A stretch of DNA of 63,923 nt, the filler included, from Octopus bimaculoides (taxonomy: Eukaryota), in the NCBI RefSeq assembly GCF_001194135.2. It is 4 parts of 4 records of this genome, joined end to end, with 100 filler letters (N's around TTAATTAATTAA, not from the genome) between each part and the next. Parts side by side here need not be neighbours in the genome. Positions count along the whole stretch, not along the records: positions 1 to 27,828 come from NC_068983.1; 3 more parts are not named here. One strand, 5' to 3'. Within the stretch, counting starts at the first letter, position 1, and every line of letters begins with the position of its first letter. The notes beneath the pieces were generated by a model, which saw nothing but the letters and a program-made list of their open reading frames with translations, searched no databases and was not told the DNA's origin. This document shows, in pieces, positions 1-13,270 of this stretch. The translations under genes were made by a program, and so were the position numbers.

Positions 1-40
1 ATCCAACTTGTACAAATGCAAAACAAAAGTCAAACATAAA

Positions 41-91
41 ATAATAATAATAATAATAACAACAATAATAATAATAATAATAATAATGATG

Positions 92-182
<91 letters not shown>

Positions 183-196
183 TAATAATAAATAAT
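41..196. repeat. (AAT)n microsatellite
   Basis: Near-pure aataataat run; source of the poly-Ile ORF 8..226. Confidence 0.97.
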
Positions 197-546
197 GCAT
201 CATTAGTAACGATGGTCACGAAGTGAGAACGTTTTGGAAATAAAAAAGAAAATAACGGAATACTGAATGTATACAGTTGGTTAAGGTTCTGGCATTGTTA
301 ATGAAACACGGAGCACTGTAGAATTTCAAACTGTCACTAATATGCACTGTAACTCTAAAAATGTAGAATATGAAAAGAAGGGAAATGCACTTATTCATGT
401 TTGACATGAAATATTATATAAAATATGCATTTACACAAAGTTTAATGATCAAACAGAAATAGAACGAACGAAAGAGAGAGAAAAATAAACGATAGAAAAA
501 AAATAATAAATGATGTAACTGAATGAAGTTAATAAATCGAGTGAAA

Positions 547-567
547 AGAATATATATATATACATAT

Positions 568-630
<63 letters not shown>

Positions 631-640
631 NNNNNNNNNN

Positions 641-719
<79 letters not shown>

Positions 720-733
720 GTATGTATGTATGT
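547..733. repeat. Compound (TA)n/(CA)n/(TG)n microsatellite with a 10-N gap
   Basis: Directly visible dinucleotide runs. Confidence 0.95.
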
Positions 734-1394
734 AAATTATCCCTTACGGCAATGGTAGTTCATAAAACTAAATAAACTTTTTCAACTGAAGGCAAGTGAA
801 AACTTTTTCAATGATGGAAGCGTATGTAAGCAATTTTGATTTTTAACAACTCGTGTCGTTTGAAATAATGTTACAGAAGAAAGTGAAATAAAACCAAAAT
901 CAAAAACAGAACCCCACCACAAAAAAGGATAAAAAAAAAAGAAATAAAAAAGAAAATGGAAAAAAAGAATACATTTTCTAAGAAAAGGAATGATGCCATG
1001 TCTCTTAGTTTGAGATGCAGAATTGTTACATTGTACGTACATAGCTTTAAGAAATTGTTTAACAATCCTTTCCTATACAGTAGTCATTAACAATGTGCAT
1101 ATAGAATTATATGGGATCAGAGAGTCGAAATAGGGAGAGTGAAAAAAGAGTGAGAGAAGGGAACAGAGAGTGAGAGAGAGAGGGAGAGAGAGAGGGAGAG
1201 AGAGAAAGAGGCAGAAAGGGGGGAAAGAGAAGGTGGTTGAGTGAGAGAAAGAGACGGAGATAGAAGGAGTACGAATCTATATATTTCTAACATATAAAGA
1301 TCTGACAATGAGTCATACGAGTGTATCTTGTCTCTACGTATGCGTTCGTGTGCGTATGTGTGTGTGTGCGTGTACGTGCGTGCGAGTAATACAA

Positions 1395-1575
1395 TAACTG
1401 CAGGATTGTCTTAAAAGTTAAGAAATTCTCTTCGCAGTGACAAGGTCTCAGGTTCGATCTTACTGCACGGTACCTCATGTAACTGCCGTCTACAACAGCC
1501 GTTAGTCGATCACAATCTTGTGAGTGAAATTAGACAGAAACTATGGAAAGAAGGGTCTTGCTTTTCAACGGGCCC
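1395..1575 (+). mobile_element. Decayed 5' half of CORE-like tRNA-SINE (family B)
   Basis: gttaagaaattc...ggttcgatc (B-box-like)...ttgtgagtgaaattagacagaaactatggaaagaag aligns by eye to family B heads at 39110 and 53925. Confidence 0.6.
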
Positions 1576-1745
1576 AGGTCTTATCGCACTCTGAGCTCAG
1601 AATTACATTATGGGTACAAGTGTGCCAGGAGTACTCAGCCACTTATATTATACTACAACGAGTAGGCAGTTCGGTTAACAGAACAACTAGAATACTCATG
1701 ATTAAAAAGCGACACCAGATCCATTTACTTTTTATACACATTGTG

Positions 1746-1777
<32 letters not shown>

Positions 1778-2396
1778 NNNNNNNNNNNNNNNNNNNNNNN
1801 NNNNNNNNNNNNNNNNNNNNNNNNNNNNNNNNNNNNNNNNNNNNNNNNNNNNNNNNNNNNNNNNNNNNNNNNNNNNNNNNNNNNNNNNNNNNNNNNNNNN
1901 NNNNNNNNNNNNNNNNNNNNNNNNNNNNNNNNNNNNNNNNNNNNNNNNNNNNNNNNNNNNNNNNNNNNNNNNNNNNNNNNNNNNNNNNNNNNNNNNNNNN
2001 NNNNNNNNNNNNNNNNNNNNNNNNNNNNNNNNNNNNNNNNNNNNNNNNNNNNNNNNNNNNNNNNNNNNNNNNNNNNNNNNNNNNNNNNNNNNNNNNNNNN
2101 NNNNNNNNNNNNNNNNNNNNNNNNNNNNNNNNNNNNNNNNNNNNNNNNNNNNNNNNNNNNNNNNNNNNNNNNNNNNNNNNNNNNNNNNNNNNNNNNNNNN
2201 NNNNNNNNNNNNNNNNNNNNNNNNNNNNNNNNNNNNNNNNNNNNNNNNNNNNNNNNNNNNNNNNNNNNNNNNNNNNNNNNNNNNNNNNNNNNNNNNNNNN
2301 NNNNNNNNNNNNNNNNNNNNNNNNNNNNNNNNNNNNNNNNNNNNNNNNNNNNNNNNNNNNNNNNNNNNNNNNNNNNNNATATATACATATATATAT

Positions 2397-2445
<49 letters not shown>

Positions 2446-2451
2446 TATATG

Positions 2452-2502
<51 letters not shown>

Positions 2503-2576
2503 GTATGTAATATGTGTCTGTGAGTTTGTGTGTGTGTTTGTGTATGTGTGTATATGTGTGTGTGATATTTTCATTG

Positions 2577-3475
2577 CGAGGATTGGCTGAAAAGTTCACA
2601 GGTTGAACAACATATTCTCATGGAATGTCACCAAATGAGGTCTATTTTTCAATATAGTCCCCCTTGCACGCTACACACTTCTTCCATCGGTGTTGTAGTG
2701 TCTTGGGTCTCATTGGTGGAGAAGCTTTCACTCTGTTGGTTAACAGCAGTTCTGACGTCATGTCATTGTGATACTAGTTCCCAGCCAAGTGTTTTTTTTT
2801 TTAATGTTGAGCAACAAATGATAGTCAGATGGGGCCAAATCAGGAGAATAATGATGATGACCAACCAGTTCAAAGCCACACTCATACACAGCAGCCATTG
2901 AAACCAAGGACTTGTGTGCATGCTGGAGCATTGCTCGGATGAAACAAGATCGCTTTCTTTAGTTTCCATGGGTGTTCGATCTTGATAGCTCTTCGTAAAT
3001 GCCTCAGTGAGCTGGCATGGTAGGCTCCATTGATGGTTTGACCCTTTTGAAGAAAATCGATACATACAGTGCCTTTTGTATCAAAAACTGAGGCCATAAC
3101 TCTTCCCTGCTGATGAAATGACCTTAGCCTTCTTTGAATCAGGTGAGGAGGGTTGTTTCCATTGCATGGATTGTCGCTTTGTCTCCGTCTCAAAGGGATG
3201 AAGCCAACACTCATCCTGACTTAGAAAACATTCAAGGATACCAGCTGGATCTGCCTCAAACAATGTCAGATTTTATGTCACCTTCAAGACATTTCCTTCT
3301 CCTAAATTCAATTTTCCACTTTTCAGTGTTGATAAAGCTGGAGTGTCATCCCTTCATATAGCAAGCATGAATGTCCTTGGGGGGCTAAACCCTTTTTATA
3401 CAGGTACTTGATAACACCACGGTGCCAAATTTTGTTCATTTTCAATAGAAGTCACTACTAGTTACTTTTTTCAAA
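2577..3475 (-). mobile_element. Mariner transposon remnant with frameshifted transposase
   Basis: Minus-strand peptides QDECWLHPFETETKRQSMQWK..SAGK, VMASVF..KGQTINGAYHA and YSPDLAPSDY (about 2819-2849); TIR-like cgaggattggctgaaaagt at 2577. Confidence 0.92.
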
Positions 3476-3479
3476 ATTA

Positions 3480-4176
3480 AGATACACAAAGTTCTTTTTT
3501 AATCTAAAATATACTCTCCTTCATTTTCTGCAATGCTCTTCGATCTATCTAGTAGACTTGCAAGGCCCATCTTCCAAAATTCACTTGTCCGTGGCGAAAA
3601 ATACTCCTCCATTACTATTCTGACATCGTCTACAGAATTCCTGGTTTTCCGTCCAAATGATTTTGAAGACTGCGGCAAAAATGATAATCAGACGGGGCAA
3701 TGTCCGGAGAATATGGTGCGTAGAAGAACACCTTTCGTTTTGAAACCAAAGATGGTCTTTTTATTTCCAGCGCTGGTGTCGATGACTGACAGAATGACCA
3801 AATCCAAACTTCTCTGCTAGTTCCTCAACGATGGAATTTTGTTCCACCAGGGTTTGGAGGACGCTCATCTTCTAGAGTAGTTTCCAGCTCGGAATTTCTG
3901 GAATCACTGTTGACACTGGCTTACACTTATTGTCCAATTTCCATATACAGTATTAATATTCCTTGCACTTTCCTTTGCAAAATATGCCAAATATGCTCCT
4001 TTGTCACTTTCATTATAGCTTTGAAAAAATAACTATTAAAATCGAACTGCACTCTTCAAAACTTGCACTAAGAATAAGGACAAGTAAAATTACTACCTGC
4101 ATTTATAGCAAGTTGATGCCTCCGACTTTAAATCATGCAATTGAATCAACCGCATTATTTATGGGACGACCCAATA
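3480..4176 (-). mobile_element. Internally deleted mariner (different subfamily from its neighbour)
   Basis: 5' TIR-like tattgggtcgtcccataaataat (4176-4154); start MKVTKEHIWHI at 4013; PYSPDIAPSDYHF.RSLQNHLDG; C-terminus ENEGEYILD* ending at 3499; only about 515 nt of coding remnant remain. Confidence 0.9.
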
Positions 4177-4183
4177 CATACAT

Positions 4184-4239
<56 letters not shown>

Positions 4240-4244
4240 TTAAC

Positions 4245-4277
<33 letters not shown>

Positions 4278-4446
4278 ACACACATACACACACACAAACA
4301 CCCGTATGAAATTTGATGGTGACTGCTGTTGTCACAATCTAAGCATCTGAGGTTGTTTTCAGAGTAAGAAACAGAGAAAAAGAGAGTTTACTAAGAAATA
4401 GAAGAGAGGGAGAAATTTCCTCAAGGGGAGAGAACCGCTGAGAGAT

Positions 4447-4481
<35 letters not shown>

Positions 4482-4714
4482 TTCATACACGTATTCACGC
4501 GCACAGCAATTAAGTATTTCTGCGAAAATGTCTAAGTGCTTCTACAATTAAGCTACCAGACCGTTCATCTCTTTCCTGTTTCTTTTATGGTCGTATATTC
4601 CTGCATAACGTGTTTCGACATAAACATTCATATAAGAATTTCTAATAAAGTATATAAACTACATCGCCCGAGTCATGTTCATCTCTGACACTATTTCGTG
4701 CTTCAACGCCCGCG

Positions 4715-4717
4715 TTA

Positions 4718-4748
<31 letters not shown>

Positions 4749-4876
4749 CATACATACATACATACATACATACATAGGTAGATACATACATACATAGGTA
4801 GGTAGGTAGATACATAAAAACATACATAAATACATACTTCCGTGCAAATCTACAAACGCGTAGTTATACGTGCGTG

Positions 4877-4924
<48 letters not shown>

Positions 4925-4940
4925 CATACATATATACATA

Positions 4941-5007
<67 letters not shown>

Positions 5008-5029
5008 GGTAGATGCATATATGCATATG

Positions 5030-5061
<32 letters not shown>

Positions 5062-5160
5062 TGCGTGTATGTATATGGCTACGTATATTCATGTATGCAT
5101 GCGCATAAGTATATATATATATATATATATTTACATATATTTGTATATATATATGTTTAT
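4715..5160. repeat. Compound microsatellite (ACAT)n/(AGGT)n/(TA)n/(CA)n/(ATGT)n
   Basis: Directly visible. Confidence 0.95.
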
Positions 5161-5619
5161 GTATGTAGAGCGAAGGAAAGGCAAAGAGTGAGAGACACAT
5201 AAAAGAATATGAGAACCACAGACAACGAAAAAGTGACTTGTTCTCTCTCTTTCTCTTTGTGTGTGTGTGTATGTGTGTGTGTGTGTGTGAGTGTGTGCGC
5301 GCGCGTGCATTTGCACGTATGCGCGCACACGCACACAGAATACTCACAATACACACACGAACATATGTATAAATAGAGTAAGTCTTACAGTAGGTGCTAT
5401 GGGTATTGCAGCACCGTTGTCCATGAATGATATAATTTTACGATATGTCGATGGAGATGGCCGCGCTCATGAGCCCCTGAGTATGATCTAGTATGAGCTA
5501 GTATGATCTGAGTATGATCTGAGTATCATCTAGTGTATAGTAAAAAAAAAAAAATGTTTTCCCCAATATCTATGGAAGTCTTTTGTATTGAAAGGAAATA
5601 TCACACCATCTCAGTGTGA

Positions 5620-6720
5620 AAATGTTTCATATACTAAAGACCCTTCTCATATTTACAGTATACTCAAAGAATAATATCAAATCTTCGTTCCTCGAATCAA
5701 ATATTTGAATACCCTGACGTATTCTTCCAAATTCTAACTGCAACCCAACGTATATGAACTTAACAGAAGAGTTCAAAATGAAATCAGTAAGCTATATCAG
5801 TGCAAAATTAAGTTCTGGATTAGATGGTTTGCCAACTCTACACTTAAATTACTACAAAGTCAGCTTTGCTGGTTCTATAAATATTATCTCTGTACTATTT
5901 GCATGTTGAAAAATTGCTGGAAATATTGAAAGGGGCAACATTCGTAAAAATGTAGTTGGACATAGAGAAACACTTTTGGCTTATGTGGCTTACACACCAC
6001 CTTTCAAAGGACTTGGAGGGAATAAGGTGTAGAAGGGTAATAAGTTATATAGACAAACAGAAGTGTTTTGATATAACATAGTATAGCTTTCTCTCTGCCA
6101 GAAATTGCCGATCAAACTCTGAGTTCTGTGCTTTGTGGATCAAGGGTTGATTCTGAATATTTTAACTTCGCGAAGGCTGTTCACAAAGTAGATCATGGAG
6201 CTGGCGTAATAAGAAGTGTGCTTGGATTTCTGATTACCTGAAAGATTGAAGTCGAATGGTGTTGGCAGAGTCCTCTATGCGAAGTCTGTGAGGATAAGTG
6301 GAGTAGAACAGGACACCCTTACGAGCTTTCCTCATAAGATTGTCACATGTATAGACAAACATATATAATCGGCCCAATTAGCAGTTATACAGACAACACT
6401 AAAGTGATTCTAGAGATCATGACAGAAAACGACATATATGTACTCCAACATAATCTGGATACCATATACAACCTTGGGAATGACAATAACAAGACCCAAC
6501 AAAATTCCATGACCACCACTAGGAAACGTTTTATTTTATTCTATATAGGCTAATGACACCAAGATTCCGAGTATGTTTGTGCAGATGTATGCTTCTCTAA
6601 ATATGTTCACAGACTGTGACCAAGGTGTCGAGAGGTCAGTAACCGCTCCTATTGTAATACCACACTAACAAGAAATGCATTGGGATATTTTAATATAAGA
6701 AACATCACTAACACAAGAGA
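5620..6720 (+). mobile_element. Decayed CR1-clade LINE reverse transcriptase
   Basis: Peptide remnants SSGLDGLP, VDSEYFNFAKAVHKVDHG (cf. YLDFAKAFDKVDH) and SSYTDNTKV..D.YVLQHNLD (cf. FADDTK..LQ.DL); many stops and frameshifts. Confidence 0.8.
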
Positions 6721-7689
6721 ACTTGGAAAAGGAAAATGACTCTATTTGATTTACTCTACAACATGAACTCAACTAATATGATGAGGAATTTCCTATCTTT
6801 ATTAATTTATCATTTCCGATCTTCACTAAAATATCACAAACTCTTCCATAGGAGCAAAACAGAGGTGAAGTATAGTTGCTTAGATATTATCGCTGCGCAG
6901 ATATTACATTAAAAACTAAGACACACATGAAGCTAACCATCTCAAAGTCATTCACATCAGTTGAACCACCTAGAATTGCCCATTTAAACAATTCTAATTC
7001 ATTAAAAATGTGGTATATAGAACAAGCATAACACTTGCCGATTTTATAGAGAGTTCTATGGGACTTAGGAAGAACACATTTAAGATCAATTCCAATTATT
7101 AAATGCATTTATTTAAGTCTAAAAATCTCAATATGTCTGAAAATTAAACAGCAAGGAAATAAGAAAGAAAGGTTCCCATAATTAGAGTCCCCTGGAACAT
7201 TCTACGGGGCAAGAAAATGTATTGCATGTTTATGAGAAATTTTAGATTCCGACAAAACAATAATTGAAAAAGAGATCCGAAACAGTCTTTTTGTTACCAT
7301 AGTTTAAACATTTTATAAATTATTTTGAGGTACTTCCTTTCGTCATAGTGAAATCGTCTGTTATATAGGTTCCTATATCCGTTCCAAATTACACTGAGTT
7401 ACCTCATAGTACCAAATGTACTTCCACGGGCACGATGAAGTCAGCCATTGACAATGAATGTCAATATGTGTTGTATATTAGCTCGCAGTGCCCCAACCTA
7501 TTCATGGTTTTTGTTGTCTGAACAACACAAGGGGAGATACTACATGTGTGGTATAGCTTTTCTCTCGTTGCTACTCCAAATACGTATGTATGAATGTATG
7601 TATGTATGTATTTATGTATGTATGTATGTATGCATATATATATATAAAAGACAGAAAACCAGCCAACTTATTACAGTCTGTTAAAGTCT

Positions 7690-7850
7690 GTCATACCGGC
7701 CATGACGAAGGGAAATAGCCCTGAAACTCGAGTAGCCTTTATATATATATATTTATATTTATATATTTATATATTTGATCCTTTATATTGAACACTCAAT
7801 ATTTCATCTACATTCAATACTTTCTTTCATGGTGCCATCCATTTTTATTT
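7690..7850 (+). mobile_element. Penelope-like terminal fragment
   Basis: Contains tgacga-aggg..ccct-gaaac motif typical of PLE terminal repeats; flanked by TA-rich runs. Confidence 0.55.
7698..7737 (+). ncRNA. Minimal type I hammerhead-ribozyme-like motif
   Basis: GGC / C(A)UGACGA / AGGG-aaauag-CCCU / GAAA / palindromic ACUCGAGU / GUA cleavage triplet / GCC; one extra A in the core. Confidence 0.6.
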
Positions 7851-8394
7851 TATTTTATTTTATATTGTATATTGTATATCATATTATATATTGTATATTC
7901 CATATTCTATACCCCACATTAGTTCTGCAGGAATATAAATAAAACATAAAANNNNNNNNNNNNNNNNNNNNNNNNNNNNNNNNNNNNNNNNNNNNNNNNN
8001 NNNNNNNNNNNNNNNNNNNNNNNNNNNNNNNNNNNNNNNNNNNNNNNNNNNNNNNNNNNNNNNNNNNNNNNNNNNNNNNNNNNNNNNNNNNNNNNNNNNN
8101 NNNNNNNNNNNNNNNNNNNNNNNNNNNNNNNNNNNNNNNNNNNNNNNNNNNNNNNNNNNNNNNNNNNNNNNNNNNNNNNNNNNNNNNNNNNNNNNNNNNN
8201 NNNNNNNNNNNNNNNNNNNNNNNNNNNNNNNNNNNNNNNNNNNNNNNNNNNNNNNNNNNNNNNNNNNNNNNNNNNNNNNNNNNNNNNNNNNNNNNNNNNN
8301 NNNNNNNNNNNNNNNNNNNNNNNNNNNNNNNNNNNNNNNNNNNNNNNNNNNNNNNNNNNNNNNNNNNNNNNNNNNNNNNTATGTATGTGTGTTT

Positions 8395-8603
8395 GTGTGT
8401 CTGTGTTTGTCCCCCCACCATCGCTTGACAACCGATGGTGGTGTGTTTACGTCCCCGTAACTTAGCGGTTCGGCAAAAAGAGACCGATAGAGTAAGTACT
8501 AGGCTTACAAAGAATAAGTCCTGGGTCGATTAGCTCGACTAAAGGCGGTGCTCCAGCATGGCCACAGTCAAATGACTGAAAGAAGTAAAAGAGTAAAAGA
8601 GTA
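8395..8603 (+). mobile_element. Family B SINE, 3' half (CpG intact)
   Basis: gtccccccaccatcgcttgacaaccgat...ggtgctccagcatggcc..agtcaaatgactgaaa and (aagagta)n tail; near-identical to other copies. Confidence 0.9.
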
Positions 8604-9042
8604 TATATACATGCATATATATATGCACACAGACATATTTATATATAGTTAAATGAAGAAAAGAAAATGGAGAGTTGAAAGTTAATAATCATTTATTATT
8701 ACCAACCTGGTAATCTTTACTTCTTATACCCGTTTCTTTTCATTTATTTGGATGTGTATAATATACTTAATATATACCAATCGTTTTAAAGCAATTTCGT
8801 TCCCCAATAATACTACGCTTTGGACCAGTATTCCCTTGGATGTAACCATCCCTTTATGCCGTTAACATATCCTATAAATCTGTGTATATATATATATATA
8901 TATATAAACATAATTAAGGGACCAGCAAACATTTGCTTCACCGATAATGGTGTTTACATACCGAAGGGCTTGGTAAAAATTATTAATTGTTGATTTATTA
9001 ATAAATTAATAAATTGATAAACCTTTACCCTTTTAATTGTAA

Positions 9043-9094
<52 letters not shown>

Positions 9095-9586
9095 TATGCA
9101 TATACATACATAATACACAGACATACATATGCCTGTATATATATGTATATACATAAGTATGTGTGTTGGGAATTAGATGTAATGAATATATGTGCTGTAG
9201 AAATCATTAAGTTGATAGACTCAAGCAGATAAACACTGTGATTCATGCACATTTGGAGTTAAAGTTCATTTAGGTGTTACACCAGAGTTTTCTGTTTCTT
9301 TTTTCCTTCCCGTTTTTACGCTGTGACAGTTTGAGTAAATTTTATTCAACTCACCGAACTGGACAAATTTCATTGTTATAGACTAGCGTATTATCCAGAG
9401 TCGAAGCTTCTCTCTTATAATTTTTAATGCCACAATATCTATACCATATGTAAGCAATTCTCTGCATTCCGATAGAATTGCGAATTGAAACATTATATTT
9501 TTTCACATATATATATATTTTTGGTAAATGTAATAATTTATAACAATTATTTGTTTATTTATTTCGGGAATAATAATAACAATAAC

Positions 9587-9645
<59 letters not shown>

Positions 9646-10417
9646 TAATAAAAAGCCAGCTTCATTCTTGCGCATATAATCATTTGCATTTACATTTACA
9701 CTTAATAGAACATTCGTATTTTATTTCCCAGTATACGAGTTATTTTTCCATTTACTTTCTGTTTATCTAAAGAAAATATGGAGCGTGGGGAGAAATCGCG
9801 GAGCACTGATGTATTTGGAAATATAAAAATTTTCGTTTCAATAAACAATTCCCAATTCGAAATTCATTAAACAATGCATATATGTCCAGCAAAGCGAAAC
9901 AAAGTCATTATAGTTTGTGTGCTCTCGATATTAAAGCCACCTGATACTCGAGGACATTTGTCGTGGAGAATGTTAACAGTCGAAAACTCATTTCTCTCCT
10001 CACCCCCTTCTCCTCTTTGCTTTCTCTCCCCCTCTCCCTGTATACATATATCCACACACAAACAGATATATANNNNNNNNNNNNNNNNNNNNNNNNNNNN
10101 NNNNNNNNNNNNNNNNNNNNNNNNNNNNNNNNNNNNNNNNNNNNNNNNNNNNNNNNNNNNNNNNNNNNNNNNNNNNNNNNNNNNNNNNNNNNNNNNNNNN
10201 NNNNNNNNNNNNNNNNNNNNNNNNNNNNNNNNNNNNNNNNNNNNNNNNNNNNNNNNNNNNNNNNNNNNNNNNNNNNNNNNNNNNNNNNNNNNNNNNNNNN
10301 NNNNNNNNNNNNNNNNNNNNNNNNNNNNNNNNNNNNNNNNNNNNNNNNNNNNNNNNNNNNNNNNNNNNNNNNNNNNNNNNNNNNNNNNNNNNNNNNNNNN
10401 NNNNNNNNNNNNNNNNN

Positions 10418-10448
<31 letters not shown>

Positions 10449-10672
10449 TGCGTGTGTGCGTGTGTGTTTGTGTGTGTGACTGTATGCGCATATATACATC
10501 CATACACATACATTCACACACACTCATATGCATACACACATCTATCTATCTATCTATCTATCTATCTACACATACAATTTACAAATATACATAAACACGT
10601 ACACGCACAAACACACACAGATCCACGTATTATACATTCATATGTGTATGAATATAAATGAGCGCGCGCACA

Positions 10673-10715
<43 letters not shown>

Positions 10716-10873
10716 CATACACACATACATTCATATGTATATGTTGCCATCATAGACATAAACGTTCTTCGCACACATATCTATATGTGCCTTGGTTTTA
10801 ATATCCCTTTGTGTCACGTAGCTTAGAGAGCAATTTATCCAACACAGCGTAAAGAAAAGCGAACGCACACATG

Positions 10874-10907
<34 letters not shown>

Positions 10908-10949
10908 CATAGACATATGTAAATATTTGGATAATTGTATGTATGCATG

Positions 10950-10989
<40 letters not shown>

Positions 10990-11099
10990 TTTACGCATAT
11001 ATACACACGTATGTTAAGATCTAACTGCCCTTGAAACACATTAATAACACAAAATAAACTGAAATAAGAGAAAAGAATCTTAGTGCAAACAAACCGATT

Positions 11100-11147
11100 A
11101 TGGCAGAATGTATTCTCTCCAGAATTGAATGTATTTATTTCACTCAG
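11100..11147 (+). CDS. Candidate exon MAECILSRIECIYFTQ, unknown gene
   Basis: Consensus donor CAG|gtaagt at 11148; in frame with the next candidate exon; 5' boundary uncertain. Confidence 0.35.
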
Positions 11148-11272
11148 GTAAGTCAGTAGTAGAAAGTTTATAGTAAATACATGAGTAAGTTATTAGAAAC
11201 GATAGCGTTATACATTGTTTGTTCTATCTTTTTAATTATTTTTAAAATCATTTTTTTTTATTGATTATGCAG

Positions 11273-11374
11273 CGGTACAATGATAGCGTCCATGACCTTT
11301 TAGGATATTTGAGACAAATGGAAAGATGTGGTGAAATTATTCGTCGACCGGAAATCTGGCCTGAATACTTGTGA
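11273..11374 (+). CDS. Candidate exon RYNDSVHDLLGYLRQMERCGEIIRRPEIWPEYL*
   Basis: T-rich tract ending tgcag|; 125-nt GT-AG intron from 11148; the only long frame is in phase with the upstream exon; CpG-rich relative to flanks. Confidence 0.4.
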   Translation, partial: RYNDSVHDLLGYLRQMERCGEIIRRPEIWPEYL

Positions 11375-11778
11375 AACAGATTGGATTCGACCCTCCCCAC
11401 TACTATCTCTCTGTGTGCATGTGTGATTAAATTGCAATCTAGTTGTTCACTGGTATTTCATTTAAATGGCACTCCTGTTCTTGAGCGGTGCTTCGTTTTA
11501 TCGAAGTACCGCTCGACCAAAGAAGAATGCAGGACTACGTGATCTGAGTCTATAAATAGACGTAGTTAATTATCGCGCAGTGTATTTATTCCGTTACTTT
11601 ACCAATTCCACCATTTTACCGTCATCGTTGTTTCTCCACGTTACTGCTGTGCTGACTATTGCCAAAGAAGAAGAAAGATTTTAGGAAATCAAAATCCATC
11701 CAATTTTGATTCTCCATTGATGATGCAAGTCTACCTTGTTACTATTGTTGGCTATTGTCGATATTGTTAAGAATCAAG

Positions 11779-11985
11779 CACGACGGACGAAATGCTTAGC
11801 GGTATTTCGTCTGCCACTACGTTCTAAGTTCAAATTCCGCCGAGGTCGACTTAGGCTTTCCTTCTTTTCGGGGTCGATTAAATAGGTCCCAGTTACGCAC
11901 TGGGGTCGATGTAATCGACCTAATCCCTTTGTCTGTCCTTGTTTTTCCCCTCTATGTTTAGCCCCCTGTGGGCAATAAAAATATA
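11779..11985 (+). mobile_element. Meta-domain-like tRNA-SINE (family A)
   Basis: gaaatgcttagcgg..gttcaaattccgccgaggtcgac..ggggtcgat.aaata.gt.ccag core, repeated many times in the window. Confidence 0.9.
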
Positions 11986-11994
11986 AAAAATAAG

Positions 11995-13010
11995 TGCCAG
12001 GAGTGAGCAGGTATTCGAGTCATAAACATTCCATCGGAAGAAATGTCGCAAAGCGTTTTTTTGCTACAGTAACAATTCTGCCAGCTCGCTGCCTTAACAG
12101 AAATAACAATAGCTCATTCTAATTAAGGCACAAGGCCAGCAATTTTGAGGGGATGGGGGAGTCGATTACATCGACTCCGATGCTCATCTGGTACTTAGTT
12201 TATAGACTCTCAAAAGGATAAAAAGGAAAACATTGACGTCGACGGTATTTCAACTCACAACGTAATGCCGGAAGAAATGCTACGAAGCATTTTGTACGAC
12301 GCGCTAAGGACTCCGCCAGCACGCCGCCTTCTTGACGACAACACTAAGAAGAGTTGTTTCTAACATTGATAATTACTTCAAAAATAGGACAAGCCCAGAA
12401 ACTTGGAAGTAAGGGGTTCTCGATTATATTGGTTTCAAATTTCTAAGACCAGTCATGTGACTATCCTCTACCAAGCAAATCCTATTCAAAACATATACTA
12501 ATTTGATCCATGAACTCCCTACAAAAATAGGGCAAGCATCAAACATTAGTCAGAAGCAACCCACATTGATGAGAGTTGCCTCGCAATTCTTGGGTGTTGG
12601 TGTTGACCCCGAAAAGATGAAAGGTAAAGTCGATCTTTGTGGAATTTGAACTCAGAACATAAAGACGGACGAATTACCACTAGGCATTTTGCCCAGCGTG
12701 CCAGAAATTGTGCGCGCTCGCCGCCTTAAGGTTGGGCGATTATATTGACCTCAGTACTCGACCGGTACTTTAACCTGTCGAACCTGCATTTAATATTGGA
12801 AATAATAATCCTTTCTACTGGAGGTACAAGCCCTGAAATTTTGGGTGAGGGGGCTTGTCGGTTACATTGATCCCAGTACTCAACTGGCACTTATTTCATC
12901 GACCTCGAAAGGAAGAAAATTAAAGTCGATCTCGCTGGAATTTGAACTCAGAACGTAGTGACGGCCGAAATACCGCGTGCTCACGATTCTGCCAGCTCGC
13001 CGCCTTGTTT
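11995..13010 (-). mobile_element. Cluster of at least four family A SINE copies or fragments
   Basis: Repeated reverse-complement motifs aaagtcga..tc..ggaatttgaactcagaac and ctgccagctcgccgcc. Confidence 0.85.
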
Positions 13011-13129
13011 ATTGGAAATAATAATAACAACAATATACAACTAACATATTAGGCACCTATTTCAATGTCTGTAATAAATAAGGAAACCTACACATACGCA
13101 TACAAATATGAATAATGAGATTCTGCACA

Positions 13130-13270
13130 GTTTCCGTTTAGTAATTCCCACTAACAACATATCAGTCAACTGGAAGAATATGATGAAATTATTTTCTAAC
13201 GATGCCACAGTGGGATCGAACTCGGAACCACACGTGCCTGAAGCGAATTTTTAACCACGTAGCTACACCA
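13130..13270 (-). mobile_element. Family B SINE head fragment
   Basis: cacagtgggatcgaactcggaaccac..aagcgaatttttaaccac matches the reverse complement of the family B head. Confidence 0.6.

Noticed and set aside
11273-11335. Resemblance of YNDSVHDLLGYLRQM to the KEN domain (IRE1/RNase L)
   Set aside because: Only about 15 residues and no kinase exons seen; could be chance
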